From the NCBI GenBank assembly GCA_965250195.1, contig OZ252295.1:654269-718268 (forward strand): a DNA stretch of 64,000 nt, in the 5' to 3' direction. Within the stretch, counting starts at the first letter, position 1, and each line of letters opens with the position of its first letter. The position numbers and the translations under genes were made by a program. Shown piece by piece: positions 1 through 8,471 of the stretch. Source of the stretch: Dehalococcoidia bacterium. GTDB lineage: Bacteria > Chloroflexota > Dehalococcoidia > Lucifugimonadales > UBA2962. Below the pieces are notes generated by a model. It saw only the letters and a list, made by a program, of their open reading frames with translations, did no database searches and was not told the origin of the DNA.

Positions 1-501
1 ATCCACTCTGCGGGGACGGCGACGGCAGGGACGGTTGAGAACACACCAGCGGACGAGTGGGACGGGATGATGGCTGTGCACGCTGGAGGGGTATTTCATG
101 GTACTAAACACGCGATCCCCGAGATGCGAAAGGGCGGGGGCGGCTCGATTGTCGTCGTCTCGTCCATCGACGCGCTGGTCGGGGGCTCCCATGGCACGGC
201 GTATTCGGCCGCGAAGGGTGCCAGCCGCAGCTTCACCAAGGCGGCCGCGATTCAGTACGCCGACGAAAACATCCGGGTGAACTCCATCCATCCCGGTTAC
301 ACAGACACGCCGCTGTCCAGGCGCGTGGTGTCCGAGATCATGGCCGACGGCTCAACCGACCCCCGGCTGCCACGAGTGCCCATGCAGCGACTCGCCACCG
401 CGCAGGAGATTGCCGCGCCGATCCTCTTCCTGGCGTCCGACGAGGCCTCTTATATAACCGGCACCGAGGTCGTCATCGACGGCGGAATTACTGCCCAATG
501 A
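1..501 (+). CDS. short-chain dehydrogenase/reductase (SDR), 5'-truncated by window edge
   Basis: Frame 1 is open from base 1 (IHSAGTATAGTVENTPADEW...) and continues into the listed 67..501 ORF. It has the SDR catalytic YxxxK (YSAAKGA) and a C-terminal ITGTEVVIDGG. Confidence 0.85.
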   Translation: MHSAGTATAGTVENTPADEWDGMMAVHAGGVFHGTKHAIPEMRKGGGGSIVVVSSIDALVGGSHGTAYSAAKGASRSFTKAAAIQYADENIRVNSIHPGYTDTPLSRRVVSEIMADGSTDPRLPRVPMQRLATAQEIAAPILFLASDEASYITGTEVVIDGGITAQ

Positions 502-538
502 CCGCCCAATGACTGGCCAATGACTGGCCAATGACTGG
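495..538. repeat. 4 tandem copies of an 11-bp unit (CCAATGACCGC, then CCAATGACTGG x3)
   Basis: Read directly. It spans the stop codon of the first SDR (TGA 499-501), and the last copy runs into the GGAG (537-540) upstream of the GTG start at 547. Confidence 0.95.
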
Positions 539-546
539 AGTACAAG

Positions 547-1332
547 GTGAAGCTTAAAGACAGGGTTGCTATCGTCACGGGCGCCAGCTCCGGCATCGGC
601 CGGGGGATCGCCCTGGAGATGGCGCGCGAGGGCGCGAGGGTCGTCGTTTCGGATGTCACCGCGACGCCGAAACGGGGCAAGTACCACGAGCAGGATGTCA
701 CCACCCCAACCGTGTCCGAGATCGAGAAACTCGGAGGCGAGGCCTTCTTCGTAACCGCCGATGTCTCCGACGAGGCTCAGGTGAGCGCGATGGTGCAGGT
801 GGCCATAGACCGCTTCGGGCGGCTGGACATCCTGGTGAACAACGCGGGCATATATTTCGACACGGGCGCCGTCGATACCGACTCGGAAGACTGGGACCGC
901 CTCATCGGCATCAACCTCAAGGGCGTTTTTCTGGGCGTTAAATACGCACTGCCTCACCTGCGGCGCTCACCCTCGGGCCGGGTTATCAACATTGCCTCAG
1001 TACACTCGTTTGGAGGAGGGGGCGGACCGGCCTACGCCTCGGCCAAGGCCGGCGTGCTGAACATGACCAGGGACACGGCGGTGGAGGCGGCGAGCGACGG
1101 CGTGACGGCCAACACCATCTGCCCCGGATACATTGAGACGGCCATCCAGGACTCGCTCTCACAGGAGCAGGTGGACCTGGCTGACAAGATGACGCCGCTG
1201 CCCCGGCTGGGGCTGCCCAGGGACATCGGCAAAGCGGCCGTCTTTTTAGCGTCCGACGACGCGGAGTGGATAACCGGAGCGGCGCTGCCGGTGGACGGCG
1301 GGCTGCTTTCGCCCGTCATGCCGGGTTATTAG
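547..1332 (+). CDS. short-chain dehydrogenase/reductase (classical SDR)
   Basis: GTG start preceded by GGAG. It has the Rossmann motif TGASSGIGRGIA, NNAG, and the catalytic YASAKAG. Confidence 0.9.
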   Translation: MKLKDRVAIVTGASSGIGRGIALEMAREGARVVVSDVTATPKRGKYHEQDVTTPTVSEIEKLGGEAFFVTADVSDEAQVSAMVQVAIDRFGRLDILVNNAGIYFDTGAVDTDSEDWDRLIGINLKGVFLGVKYALPHLRRSPSGRVINIASVHSFGGGGGPAYASAKAGVLNMTRDTAVEAASDGVTANTICPGYIETAIQDSLSQEQVDLADKMTPLPRLGLPRDIGKAAVFLASDDAEWITGAALPVDGGLLSPVMPGY

Positions 1333-1350
1333 GGGCCCAATGCCCGGCTA

Positions 1351-2610
1351 CTAGGAGATCACGCCCGCGTCTTGCAGGCCTGCGATGTCGTCCCAGCTAT
1401 AGCCGTGCTCCAGTAATACCTCTTCGGTGTGCTGGCCTATTTCCGGCGCCAGGCTCCGAATCGAGGCAGGGGTTTCACTGTACCCGATCGGGTGGTTGGC
1501 CAGCTTGACTCTGCCCAGCGCCGGGTGGTCGATCTCGACTATGTACTCGTTGGCCTGCACCTGCGGGTCGTCCCACAGTTCCATTAACCGCTGCACCGGG
1601 GCGTATATCTGGTCGCGGTTGGGCGACAGGACCTCGTCCCACTCGGCGTATGTTCTGGTGGCGAAGGTCTCGTCAAGGATGCGGATTAGCTCCTCGTTGT
1701 TGGTCGCCCTGGCCTCGGTATTTACGAACCTCTCGTCATCGGTCAAATGGCCCAACCCGATGGCTTCGGCGAACGAGGGCCAGTAGCGGTCGGCCTCCAG
1801 GTTGGCGAGCATGAGCCAGCGCCCGTCCTTGCACTTGTAGTAGTTGGATATGGGGTTGTAGGCCCGCGCCCTTGGCGGCTTGGCGGTCAGGTTTATCTCC
1901 GACGCCGGTTTGTGGGCGGTCAACATGCCCATGCTCACGCTCAGGCCCTGGAGCCAGATGGAGCTGCCGAGGTGCGAAGCATCGACCCGCTGTCCGATGC
2001 CCGTGCGCTCTCTCGCTACCAAAGCTGCGAGAACGCCCCAACTGAGCATGATGCCGCCGATCTGGTCGGAGACCACGCCCTGCACCGGGTAGGGGTCGGA
2101 GCCCTCCGGGCCGGTGGCGTACATGAGCCCGCTGCGGGCCTGGCCGACCGTGTCCAAAGCTGGCTTCTCGGCGTCCGGGCCTTCGGGTCCGTAGCCACTA
2201 CCCGACCCATAAATGAGCTTCGGATTTAGCTGTTTGAGGTCTTCGTATCCGAGTCCCAGCCGCTCGGCCACGCCCTTGCGAAAGTTCTGCAGGAAGACGT
2301 CCGCATCACCTACCAGTCGGCGAACGATCTCCACGCCCTCTGGCTGCTTTAGATCGATGGCGATGGCGCGCTTGTTGCGGTGGTTGGCCTCGAAGTAGGA
2401 GTTCCGGTCGCCCGGGAGGCTGCGGTCGATGCCGCTGACGGTGAACAGCCCCCGCCCCGGCTCACCCTCGAGCGCCTCGATCTTGATGACGTCCGCGCCC
2501 AGGTCGCCCAGCATCATGCCCGCCACCGGCCCGAACTGCCAGATCGTCCAGTCGATTACCTTGACGCCAGCCAGCGGGCCGGGCCGGGCTCCGTTCTGCG
2601 ATGCGGTCAC
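1351..2610 (-). CDS. family III (CaiB/BaiF/Frc-type) CoA-transferase
   Basis: N-terminal signature LAGVKVIDWTIWQFGPVAGMMLGDLGADVIKIE. The ORF-track start (TTG 2709) would overlap the divergent ThDP gene start. GTG 2610 follows GGAGGA (2614-2619), so it is preferred. Confidence 0.8.
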   Translation of the reverse strand: MTASQNGARPGPLAGVKVIDWTIWQFGPVAGMMLGDLGADVIKIEALEGEPGRGLFTVSGIDRSLPGDRNSYFEANHRNKRAIAIDLKQPEGVEIVRRLVGDADVFLQNFRKGVAERLGLGYEDLKQLNPKLIYGSGSGYGPEGPDAEKPALDTVGQARSGLMYATGPEGSDPYPVQGVVSDQIGGIMLSWGVLAALVARERTGIGQRVDASHLGSSIWLQGLSVSMGMLTAHKPASEINLTAKPPRARAYNPISNYYKCKDGRWLMLANLEADRYWPSFAEAIGLGHLTDDERFVNTEARATNNEELIRILDETFATRTYAEWDEVLSPNRDQIYAPVQRLMELWDDPQVQANEYIVEIDHPALGRVKLANHPIGYSETPASIRSLAPEIGQHTEEVLLEHGYSWDDIAGLQDAGVIS

Positions 2611-2693
2611 CGTTCCTCCTGCTGTCTCCCCCGTTAGGCCTGTGAGGCCCGAGTTTAGCACCGGTAACCCTGCCCCGTTAGAATGGCGTCGCC

Positions 2694-4481
2694 ATGTCTG
2701 ATTATTCAACTACCCCAGGTGTTTTGAGGGCCACTTCCGGGTCCGATTCTGCTGCCGCTTCTGGGGCCGCTTCCGGGACCGTGACAGGCGCCCACGTTCT
2801 CGCCCAGACCCTGGAGAGGCTCGGCGTTATCGAGGTCTTCACGATTGCCGGTGACCACGTTCTGCCCCTGCTCGATGTCATGGCCGACGGGCCGTTCCGC
2901 ATTATCGACACCCGGCACGAGTCGGCCGCCACACACATGGCCGACGCGTTCTGCCGGATTTCAGGCCGTCCGGGTGTGGTGATTTCCACGACGCCGGGCT
3001 TCGCCAACGTGGTACCCGCGCTGGCCAACGCGCTGCACGCCGAAGCCCCGATGCTGTCGATCTCCGGCTCCGCGCCCCTGTCCCAACTGGGCCGGGGCGC
3101 GATGCAGGAAATTGACCAGGTGGGCATGGCGCGGCCGGTAACGAAGCTGTCGGCCATGGTCACCGACCTGCGCCGCATTCCCGACACGGTCGCCCATGCC
3201 CTTCGCGTGGCCCTGGCCGGACGACGGGGTCCGGTGCACCTGACGGTCCCAGTGGATGTACAGCAGGCAGATGTGCAGCAGGCAGACGTACGGCAGGTGC
3301 CCCGGGACGCATCGGACGTGGCCTACTTACCCCTTCGCCCGCCGCCGACGACCCGCGCCAACCAGACCGCCGTGAGGGAGGCTATCAGTCTAATATCCGA
3401 GGCCCGGCAGCCGATAGCAATTGCCGGAACGGCCGCCTCATACGGCCTGTCGGGGGAGGCGCTGACACGCTTCGGGGAGACGACGCGGATTCCGGTGATG
3501 ACGGAGGGGGACGCGCGAGGGCTGATTGCGGACGACGACCCGTGGTGCGGGGGTTTTTACGATGTGGCCCTTAACCGGGCGGCCAAGCTGGTGCCCGAGG
3601 CCGACCTGGTGGTGCTGATAGGCAAGCGGCAGGACATTTCGATGGGCTACGCTTTGCCGCCCACAATTGGGCCGGACGCGAAGATCGTGCAGATCGACCC
3701 GGACGCCGGGGAGATAGGCAGGAACAGGGCAGTCGATGTGGCGCTACTGGGCGACGTGGACATGGTGCTGGGCCAGCTGGCCGACGAGGCTGCAGGCAGG
3801 CCCAGTGGCTCGGGGCCCGACCGGTCCGAGTGGCTGGAACGGATTGCCGCGGAGCGCCGGGAGATGGACGCGTGGCTGACGTCACTGGACGAGGACACGG
3901 TGCCGATTCACGCGATGTCTGTTTTCAAGGAGCTTCGGCCCCTGCTCACGGACGCCGACAGCGTGGCGTTCGACGGGGGCGACTTCGGCCACTTCGGACG
4001 CGCCTATCTGCCGGCCACGGAGCCGCTGTCCCGTCTGTACTTCTCCACCTTTGGCATGCTCGGTGCGTCTATGGGCACCGTCCTCGCCGCTAAATTGGCC
4101 CGGCCCGAAGGCAGGGCCGTCCTGGTCACCGGAGACGGGGCGTTCGGCTTTAACGCGATGGAGTTGGACACGGCCGTGCGACACAACATTCCCATAACCG
4201 TGATTGTGGGCAACGACGCGGCCTGGGGCATCGACCGACAGATACAGCTGGGAGCGTATGGGAGAGTCGTGGCGACCGACCTGCTGCCCACCCGCTACGA
4301 CATCGTCGCAGAGGGTCTGGGGGCCGTCGGTTTCCATGTAACGAAGCGGCAGGAACTCGCACCAGCGCTGAAATCCGCGCTGGCCTCCAACAGGCCCACG
4401 GTGGTCAATATCGAGATAAGCAGAACGGTCAGTCCGAGGGGCCAGATGGCGGTGGAGCGCTGGAAGGCCGGAGGCAACTAG
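2694..4481 (+). CDS. thiamine-diphosphate-dependent enzyme (acetolactate synthase / oxalyl-CoA decarboxylase / 2-hydroxyacyl-CoA lyase-like)
   Basis: The Pyr domain has the catalytic Glu context TRHESAATHMADAF. The PP domain has GDGAFGFNAMELDTAVRHNIP (GDG..N ThDP/Mg motif). The start is uncertain because of a low-complexity N-terminus; GTG 2781 is an alternative. Confidence 0.8.
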   Translation: MSDYSTTPGVLRATSGSDSAAASGAASGTVTGAHVLAQTLERLGVIEVFTIAGDHVLPLLDVMADGPFRIIDTRHESAATHMADAFCRISGRPGVVISTTPGFANVVPALANALHAEAPMLSISGSAPLSQLGRGAMQEIDQVGMARPVTKLSAMVTDLRRIPDTVAHALRVALAGRRGPVHLTVPVDVQQADVQQADVRQVPRDASDVAYLPLRPPPTTRANQTAVREAISLISEARQPIAIAGTAASYGLSGEALTRFGETTRIPVMTEGDARGLIADDDPWCGGFYDVALNRAAKLVPEADLVVLIGKRQDISMGYALPPTIGPDAKIVQIDPDAGEIGRNRAVDVALLGDVDMVLGQLADEAAGRPSGSGPDRSEWLERIAAERREMDAWLTSLDEDTVPIHAMSVFKELRPLLTDADSVAFDGGDFGHFGRAYLPATEPLSRLYFSTFGMLGASMGTVLAAKLARPEGRAVLVTGDGAFGFNAMELDTAVRHNIPITVIVGNDAAWGIDRQIQLGAYGRVVATDLLPTRYDIVAEGLGAVGFHVTKRQELAPALKSALASNRPTVVNIEISRTVSPRGQMAVERWKAGGN

Positions 4482-4510
4482 GGTGTCGAGAGCCCCGAGA
4501 TTGGAGCGAA

Positions 4511-4897
4511 ATGTCTGAAACAACAGGGCGGCGAGCCGTCGGACGCATGAGAGCCATCATCATCGACGTAGAAGACGTTGACCGGGCCGCGGCGTTCTGG
4601 TCCGCCATGTTCGGCGAGGAAGCCGGGGAGCGCCGGGGCCAATACCGGACGATCGGCAAGCCCCCGACCAGCCGAACCGGTGGACCGGCGGTGGTGTTGC
4701 AGGAAGTCCCCGAACCAAAGGTCGGCAAGGCCCGATTGCACCTGGACTTCGAGTGCGAAGACCTGGACGCCGCGATCACCTTCGTAGAGGGGATCGGAGG
4801 GAGTAAGGTTCACACGCTCACCGAGGACGGCTTCTCGTTGATCGTGGCGGCCGACACGGAGGGCAACGAGTTCTGCCTGATACCGAGTACCGGGTGA
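4511..4897 (+). CDS. VOC (glyoxalase/bleomycin-resistance) family protein
   Basis: Pattern MRAIIIDVEDVDRAAAFWSAMFG ... LHLDFECEDLDAAITFVEGIGG ... DTEGNEFCL. The start may instead be ATG 4547. Confidence 0.65.
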   Translation: MSETTGRRAVGRMRAIIIDVEDVDRAAAFWSAMFGEEAGERRGQYRTIGKPPTSRTGGPAVVLQEVPEPKVGKARLHLDFECEDLDAAITFVEGIGGSKVHTLTEDGFSLIVAADTEGNEFCLIPSTG

Positions 4898-4928
4898 CGG
4901 ACCCCTCGGTGAGGAGCCAAGAGAGAAC

Positions 4929-6011
4929 ATGACAATCGAAAAAACCGGTTTCGAAACGTACGTGGTGGGCAGCCTGCCGCGGCCACAGTGGGTGCGCGAC
5001 CTGATCGATGACCGCAAGTCGGGCGCCCTCAGCTGGCAGGCGGCCGATAAGCTGCTGGACTCGGCCGTGCCCGCCGCCATCGCCATGCAAGAGCGCGCCG
5101 GGCTCGACTACGTGTCGGACGGTGAGTGGCGGCGGGAGAGCTACGTAAAGGTGTTCGCTGACGCCGTCGGCGGCTTCGGCTACGACCTGCACACTGAGGA
5201 GGCGAGTATCAGGGTCTCGTCCCTGCCCTACCCGGCGGTGGTCGATAAGCTGAGCGCCGACCGGCCGATCGCAGTGGATGAGGCTCGGTTCCTCAAGGCC
5301 CACGCCACGGGGAAGGTCATCGTGGCCATCCCGTCGCCGTACACCATCGGCCGACGCATGTGGACGGCCGAGCACTCGACGGGCGCCTATGCAACCAGGG
5401 AAGAGTTCATCGACGCCTGCATACCAATCGTCCGCGACGAGGTCGCCCGCCTGACGGCCGAAGGAGTCGACGCCGTGCAGCTGGACAACCCCTGGCTGGC
5501 ACTGCTGGTGGACGAGGCCTACCGGGAACGGGAGAACATTACGGACGTCGATCACGAGATGGAGCTGTCGGTGAACTCGGTAAACGCCGTTGTAGAAGGC
5601 GCGACGGTGCCGATCTCCGTGCACCTGTGCCACGCTCATTTCAACCGAAAGCACGGCACGAAAGGCCCGTACGACCTGATCATGGGCGCGCTGGGGCAGA
5701 TGAATGCCGATCGCTTCGCCATCGAGCTGGCCACGCCGGACGCCGGAGGGATCGAGGCGCTCGCTCGTTTCCCCTCCAACAAGTTGTTGGGATTGGGAGT
5801 CATGGACCACACCGACAAGCATGTGGAGACGCCGGAGGAGGTGGTCGCGCGCGCCGAGGCCGCGATGCGCTACGTCGCGCCGGATAAGGTCACGCTCAAC
5901 CCAGACTGCGGCTTCTCCCCGTCGAGCCAGAACCCCATGGACATCGACGAGGCGTATCTGAAGCTGCGGGCCATGTCCGACGGCGCGGCGTTGCTCAGGG
6001 AGCGGCATTGA
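4929..6011 (+). CDS. cobalamin-independent methionine synthase (MetE C-terminal domain)-like family protein
   Basis: GSLPRPQW near the N-terminus. Zn-ligand contexts VHLCHAHF and NPDCGFS. 360 aa, typical of stand-alone MetE-like proteins. Confidence 0.7.
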   Translation: MTIEKTGFETYVVGSLPRPQWVRDLIDDRKSGALSWQAADKLLDSAVPAAIAMQERAGLDYVSDGEWRRESYVKVFADAVGGFGYDLHTEEASIRVSSLPYPAVVDKLSADRPIAVDEARFLKAHATGKVIVAIPSPYTIGRRMWTAEHSTGAYATREEFIDACIPIVRDEVARLTAEGVDAVQLDNPWLALLVDEAYRERENITDVDHEMELSVNSVNAVVEGATVPISVHLCHAHFNRKHGTKGPYDLIMGALGQMNADRFAIELATPDAGGIEALARFPSNKLLGLGVMDHTDKHVETPEEVVARAEAAMRYVAPDKVTLNPDCGFSPSSQNPMDIDEAYLKLRAMSDGAALLRERH

Positions 6012-6045
6012 ACGAAATGAACGAACTCAAGTGCCAGGAAGATAA

Positions 6046-7278
6046 ATGCCAAGCGCAGAACTTGTAGCTATTGGGTCTGAGCTTTTGCTCGGGCAGATTG
6101 TCGATACCAACTCGGCCTGGATGGCCCAGCGCCTTACCGCCGTGGGGGTGAACCTGTTCCATACCTCGGTGGTGGGCGATAACCCCGGGCGCATGGCGGA
6201 CGTGATCGACCGGGCGCTGGACCGTGCCGATATCGTGATTTGCGGCGGCGGGCTGGGTCCGACGCAGGACGACATCACACGAGAGGTGATCGCAGGCGCA
6301 ACCGGGCGCGAGCTGGTGCTGGACAAGGGCCTGCTGGAGACGATCGAGCGCATGTTCCGCAGCCGCGGGTTCCTCATGACTAAAAACAACGAGCGCCAGG
6401 CATTCATCCCCGCCGGGTCCATCCCCATCCACAACCCGAACGGGACGGCCCCGTCGTTTGCGGTGGAGGACCCGCGAGGCGTGGTCTTCGCGTTGCCGGG
6501 CGTGCCGTTCGAGCTCAAGTGGCTGTTCGACAACGAGGTGGTGCCGTATATCCGCAAGCGCTATGGCCTGTCTGAAGTAATCACGTACCGTGTGCTGAAG
6601 GTCGCGCAGCTGGGGGAGAGCAACGTGGACGACCTCATCGGCCACCTCATCGCCGGCTGTTCCAACCCGACGGTCGGCGTGCTTGCTCATCCTGGTCAAG
6701 TCGATGTGCGCATCGCCGCCAAGGCGTCGTCGATAGAGGAGGCGAACAAGATTATCGACCCGGTCGAACAAGAGGTCAGGGGCCTGCTGGGAGACCATGT
6801 ATTCGCCGTCGACGACGACAAGATGGAGGACGTGGTGGGCAGCCTGCTGGCCGAGCGCGACCTGACCATCGCCTCGTACGAGGATGTCACCCACGGCATG
6901 GTCGCCGAGCGTATGCGGGAGGCGACTCCAGAGCGCTTCATCGAAGCCGTTGTCGCCAACGGCGTCGGTCCCATCACGCGGCTGCTAAAAGGCGCCGCCG
7001 GGGGGGTGCCGAGCGACCCGGCCGCGCTGGCCGACGCCCTGGCGATGTCCGTGCGAGATCAGGCGAAGGCCGACCTCGGTGTCGCTGTTCATGGGGAACC
7101 GGATCCCGACGACCACGCCGAGAACCTGGCCAAGGGGCAGACCTACATTTCGGTGACCGACGGTGGGAACGTGCGGCGGCGCACGTTCAACCTGTCCGGC
7201 CGGGGCCGACCCGACCGCACCCGTATTAGCCTGGACGCCCTGGCGCTGGTGCGCGCGGCGCTGGTCGAGGGGTTTTAA
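6046..7278 (+). CDS. cinA: CinA-family competence/damage-inducible protein (MoCF-binding domain plus CinA/PncC-like domain)
   Basis: N-terminus AELVAIGSELLLGQIVDTNSAWMAQRL...ICGGGLGPTQDDITRE. 410 aa two-domain architecture. Confidence 0.8.
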   Translation: MPSAELVAIGSELLLGQIVDTNSAWMAQRLTAVGVNLFHTSVVGDNPGRMADVIDRALDRADIVICGGGLGPTQDDITREVIAGATGRELVLDKGLLETIERMFRSRGFLMTKNNERQAFIPAGSIPIHNPNGTAPSFAVEDPRGVVFALPGVPFELKWLFDNEVVPYIRKRYGLSEVITYRVLKVAQLGESNVDDLIGHLIAGCSNPTVGVLAHPGQVDVRIAAKASSIEEANKIIDPVEQEVRGLLGDHVFAVDDDKMEDVVGSLLAERDLTIASYEDVTHGMVAERMREATPERFIEAVVANGVGPITRLLKGAAGGVPSDPAALADALAMSVRDQAKADLGVAVHGEPDPDDHAENLAKGQTYISVTDGGNVRRRTFNLSGRGRPDRTRISLDALALVRAALVEGF

Positions 7279-7281
7279 AAA

Positions 7282-8238
7282 ATGGCAACTATTAACTCGG
7301 TTTTGGGTCCGCTCGATACGGCCGACCTGGGCTTCACCCTCTCCCACGACCACATCATCCTGTCCAGTGCGGGCATTCGGCAGGTCTACCCCGAATTCAT
7401 CGATCGCGCCAAGATCACCAGGGACGCCATTGAGCACCTGACCGAGTGCAAGGCCGAGGGGGTCGACACCATCGTGGACGTGACCCCGCTGGACCTCGGT
7501 CGTGATGTCGAAGCGTTGGCGACCGTATCCGAAAAGTCAGGCGTCAACATCATCTGCTGCACCGGTATCTGGCGTGACATCCCCCGCACGTTCTGGGAGG
7601 CCGACCCCGACGACATCGCCCCGCTGTTCATCCGGGAGATCGAAGAGGGCATCGAGGGAACCGGCATCAAGGCAGGGATCATCAAGGTGGCCAACGACGC
7701 CGAGGGGGTGACGCCGGAGGGCGAGATAATCTTACGGGCCGCTGCTCGGGCATCATTGGCAACCGGCGTGCCCATATCGGCCCATAGCTGGTCGCCCGGC
7801 CGCGTGGGCTTCCAGCAGATACCGATCTTCAAGGACGAGGGACTGGACATGGCCGGAGTCTACATTGGCCATTCAAACGACACGACGGATATGGACTACC
7901 TCACCGATCTGGCCAAGCAGGGCGTGTGGATAGGCATGGACCGCACGCCGGGTTCGCCGATGAGGAAGGATTCGCCATCGGCCGAGGACCGCACCCAGAC
8001 GATCAAGAAACTGGTGGACGCCGGGCACGCCGACCGGCTCATGGTGGGCCACGACTGGTCCGTCTATCTGGGCACCGGCGGCGAGTCCACCCGGCGCATC
8101 TATGACGAGCACAACCCCGACGGGTTCCTCTACATAACCCGCCGCCAGCTACCCAGACTGCGCGAACTGAGTGTAGCCGAAAGCGACATACACCGCATCA
8201 CGGTGGACAACCCGCGCCGGTTCTTTTCAGGACAATAA
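7282..8238 (+). CDS. phosphotriesterase-family (PTER/Php-like) amidohydrolase
   Basis: GFTLSHDHI (HxH metal site), GIIKVA, ISAHS, YIGHSND and MVGHDW match phosphotriesterase-homology proteins. Confidence 0.8.
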   Translation: MATINSVLGPLDTADLGFTLSHDHIILSSAGIRQVYPEFIDRAKITRDAIEHLTECKAEGVDTIVDVTPLDLGRDVEALATVSEKSGVNIICCTGIWRDIPRTFWEADPDDIAPLFIREIEEGIEGTGIKAGIIKVANDAEGVTPEGEIILRAAARASLATGVPISAHSWSPGRVGFQQIPIFKDEGLDMAGVYIGHSNDTTDMDYLTDLAKQGVWIGMDRTPGSPMRKDSPSAEDRTQTIKKLVDAGHADRLMVGHDWSVYLGTGGESTRRIYDEHNPDGFLYITRRQLPRLRELSVAESDIHRITVDNPRRFFSGQ

Positions 8239-8406
8239 GAAAGGCCCCGCCAAAAGGCGGGGCCTTAGGAGGTGATCCAGGGAACACCTACCGGGAGCAC
8301 CTCCAAGTACTACTGTCCAATGCGCATAACCTCCTTTCTGTAAGCAGCCCAAGCCCCCCGTACATTCACTGGCGATCGCCAGTTCCGCCAACGTCCCGTG
8401 CCTACA
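8236..8406 (-). ncRNA. candidate small RNA or structured 3'UTR carrying a 16S-3'-tail mimic
   Basis: The minus strand has a perfect TATAAT (complement of 8413-8418) about 170 nt upstream of the strong terminator. The transcript would contain AAAGGAGG, a GGAGGTG/CACCTCC hairpin, and CTGGATCACCTCCTAA. No family is recognised. Confidence 0.25.
8243..8264. terminator. bidirectional intrinsic terminator hairpin (GGCCCCGCC-AAAA-GGCGGGGCC)
   Basis: Perfect 9-bp GC stem between convergent genes. On the minus strand it is followed by TTTCTTATT (complement of 8234-8242). Confidence 0.75.
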
Positions 8407-8471
8407 AATCGGATTATAAACGCCCCCGGTCCAGCAAGGGAACGTCGCGTGCACCCACCTGTCCGTAAGAC

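Noticed and set aside
4818-6894. 396-aa and 299-aa minus-strand ORFs (4818..6008 and 5995..6894)
   Set aside because: They are antisense to the MetE-like and CinA genes. Their composition is Arg/His/Gly-rich, typical of wrong-strand reading of GC-rich coding DNA.
8267-8279. Possible 16S rRNA gene fragment, because AGGAGGTGATCCA equals the universal 1541R primer site
   Set aside because: Similarity to the 16S 3' end stops after 13 nt. The preceding helix-45 region does not match, and no other rRNA sequence is present. It is kept only as a mimic motif in a candidate sRNA.
8335-8360. SRP (4.5S) RNA, because AAGCAGCCCAAG resembles the conserved GGAAGCAGCCAAGG of domain IV
   Set aside because: It has no GGAA tetraloop, no complementary 5' arm (GGUCC...) and no symmetric-loop partner. 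The resemblance is limited to about 11 nt.
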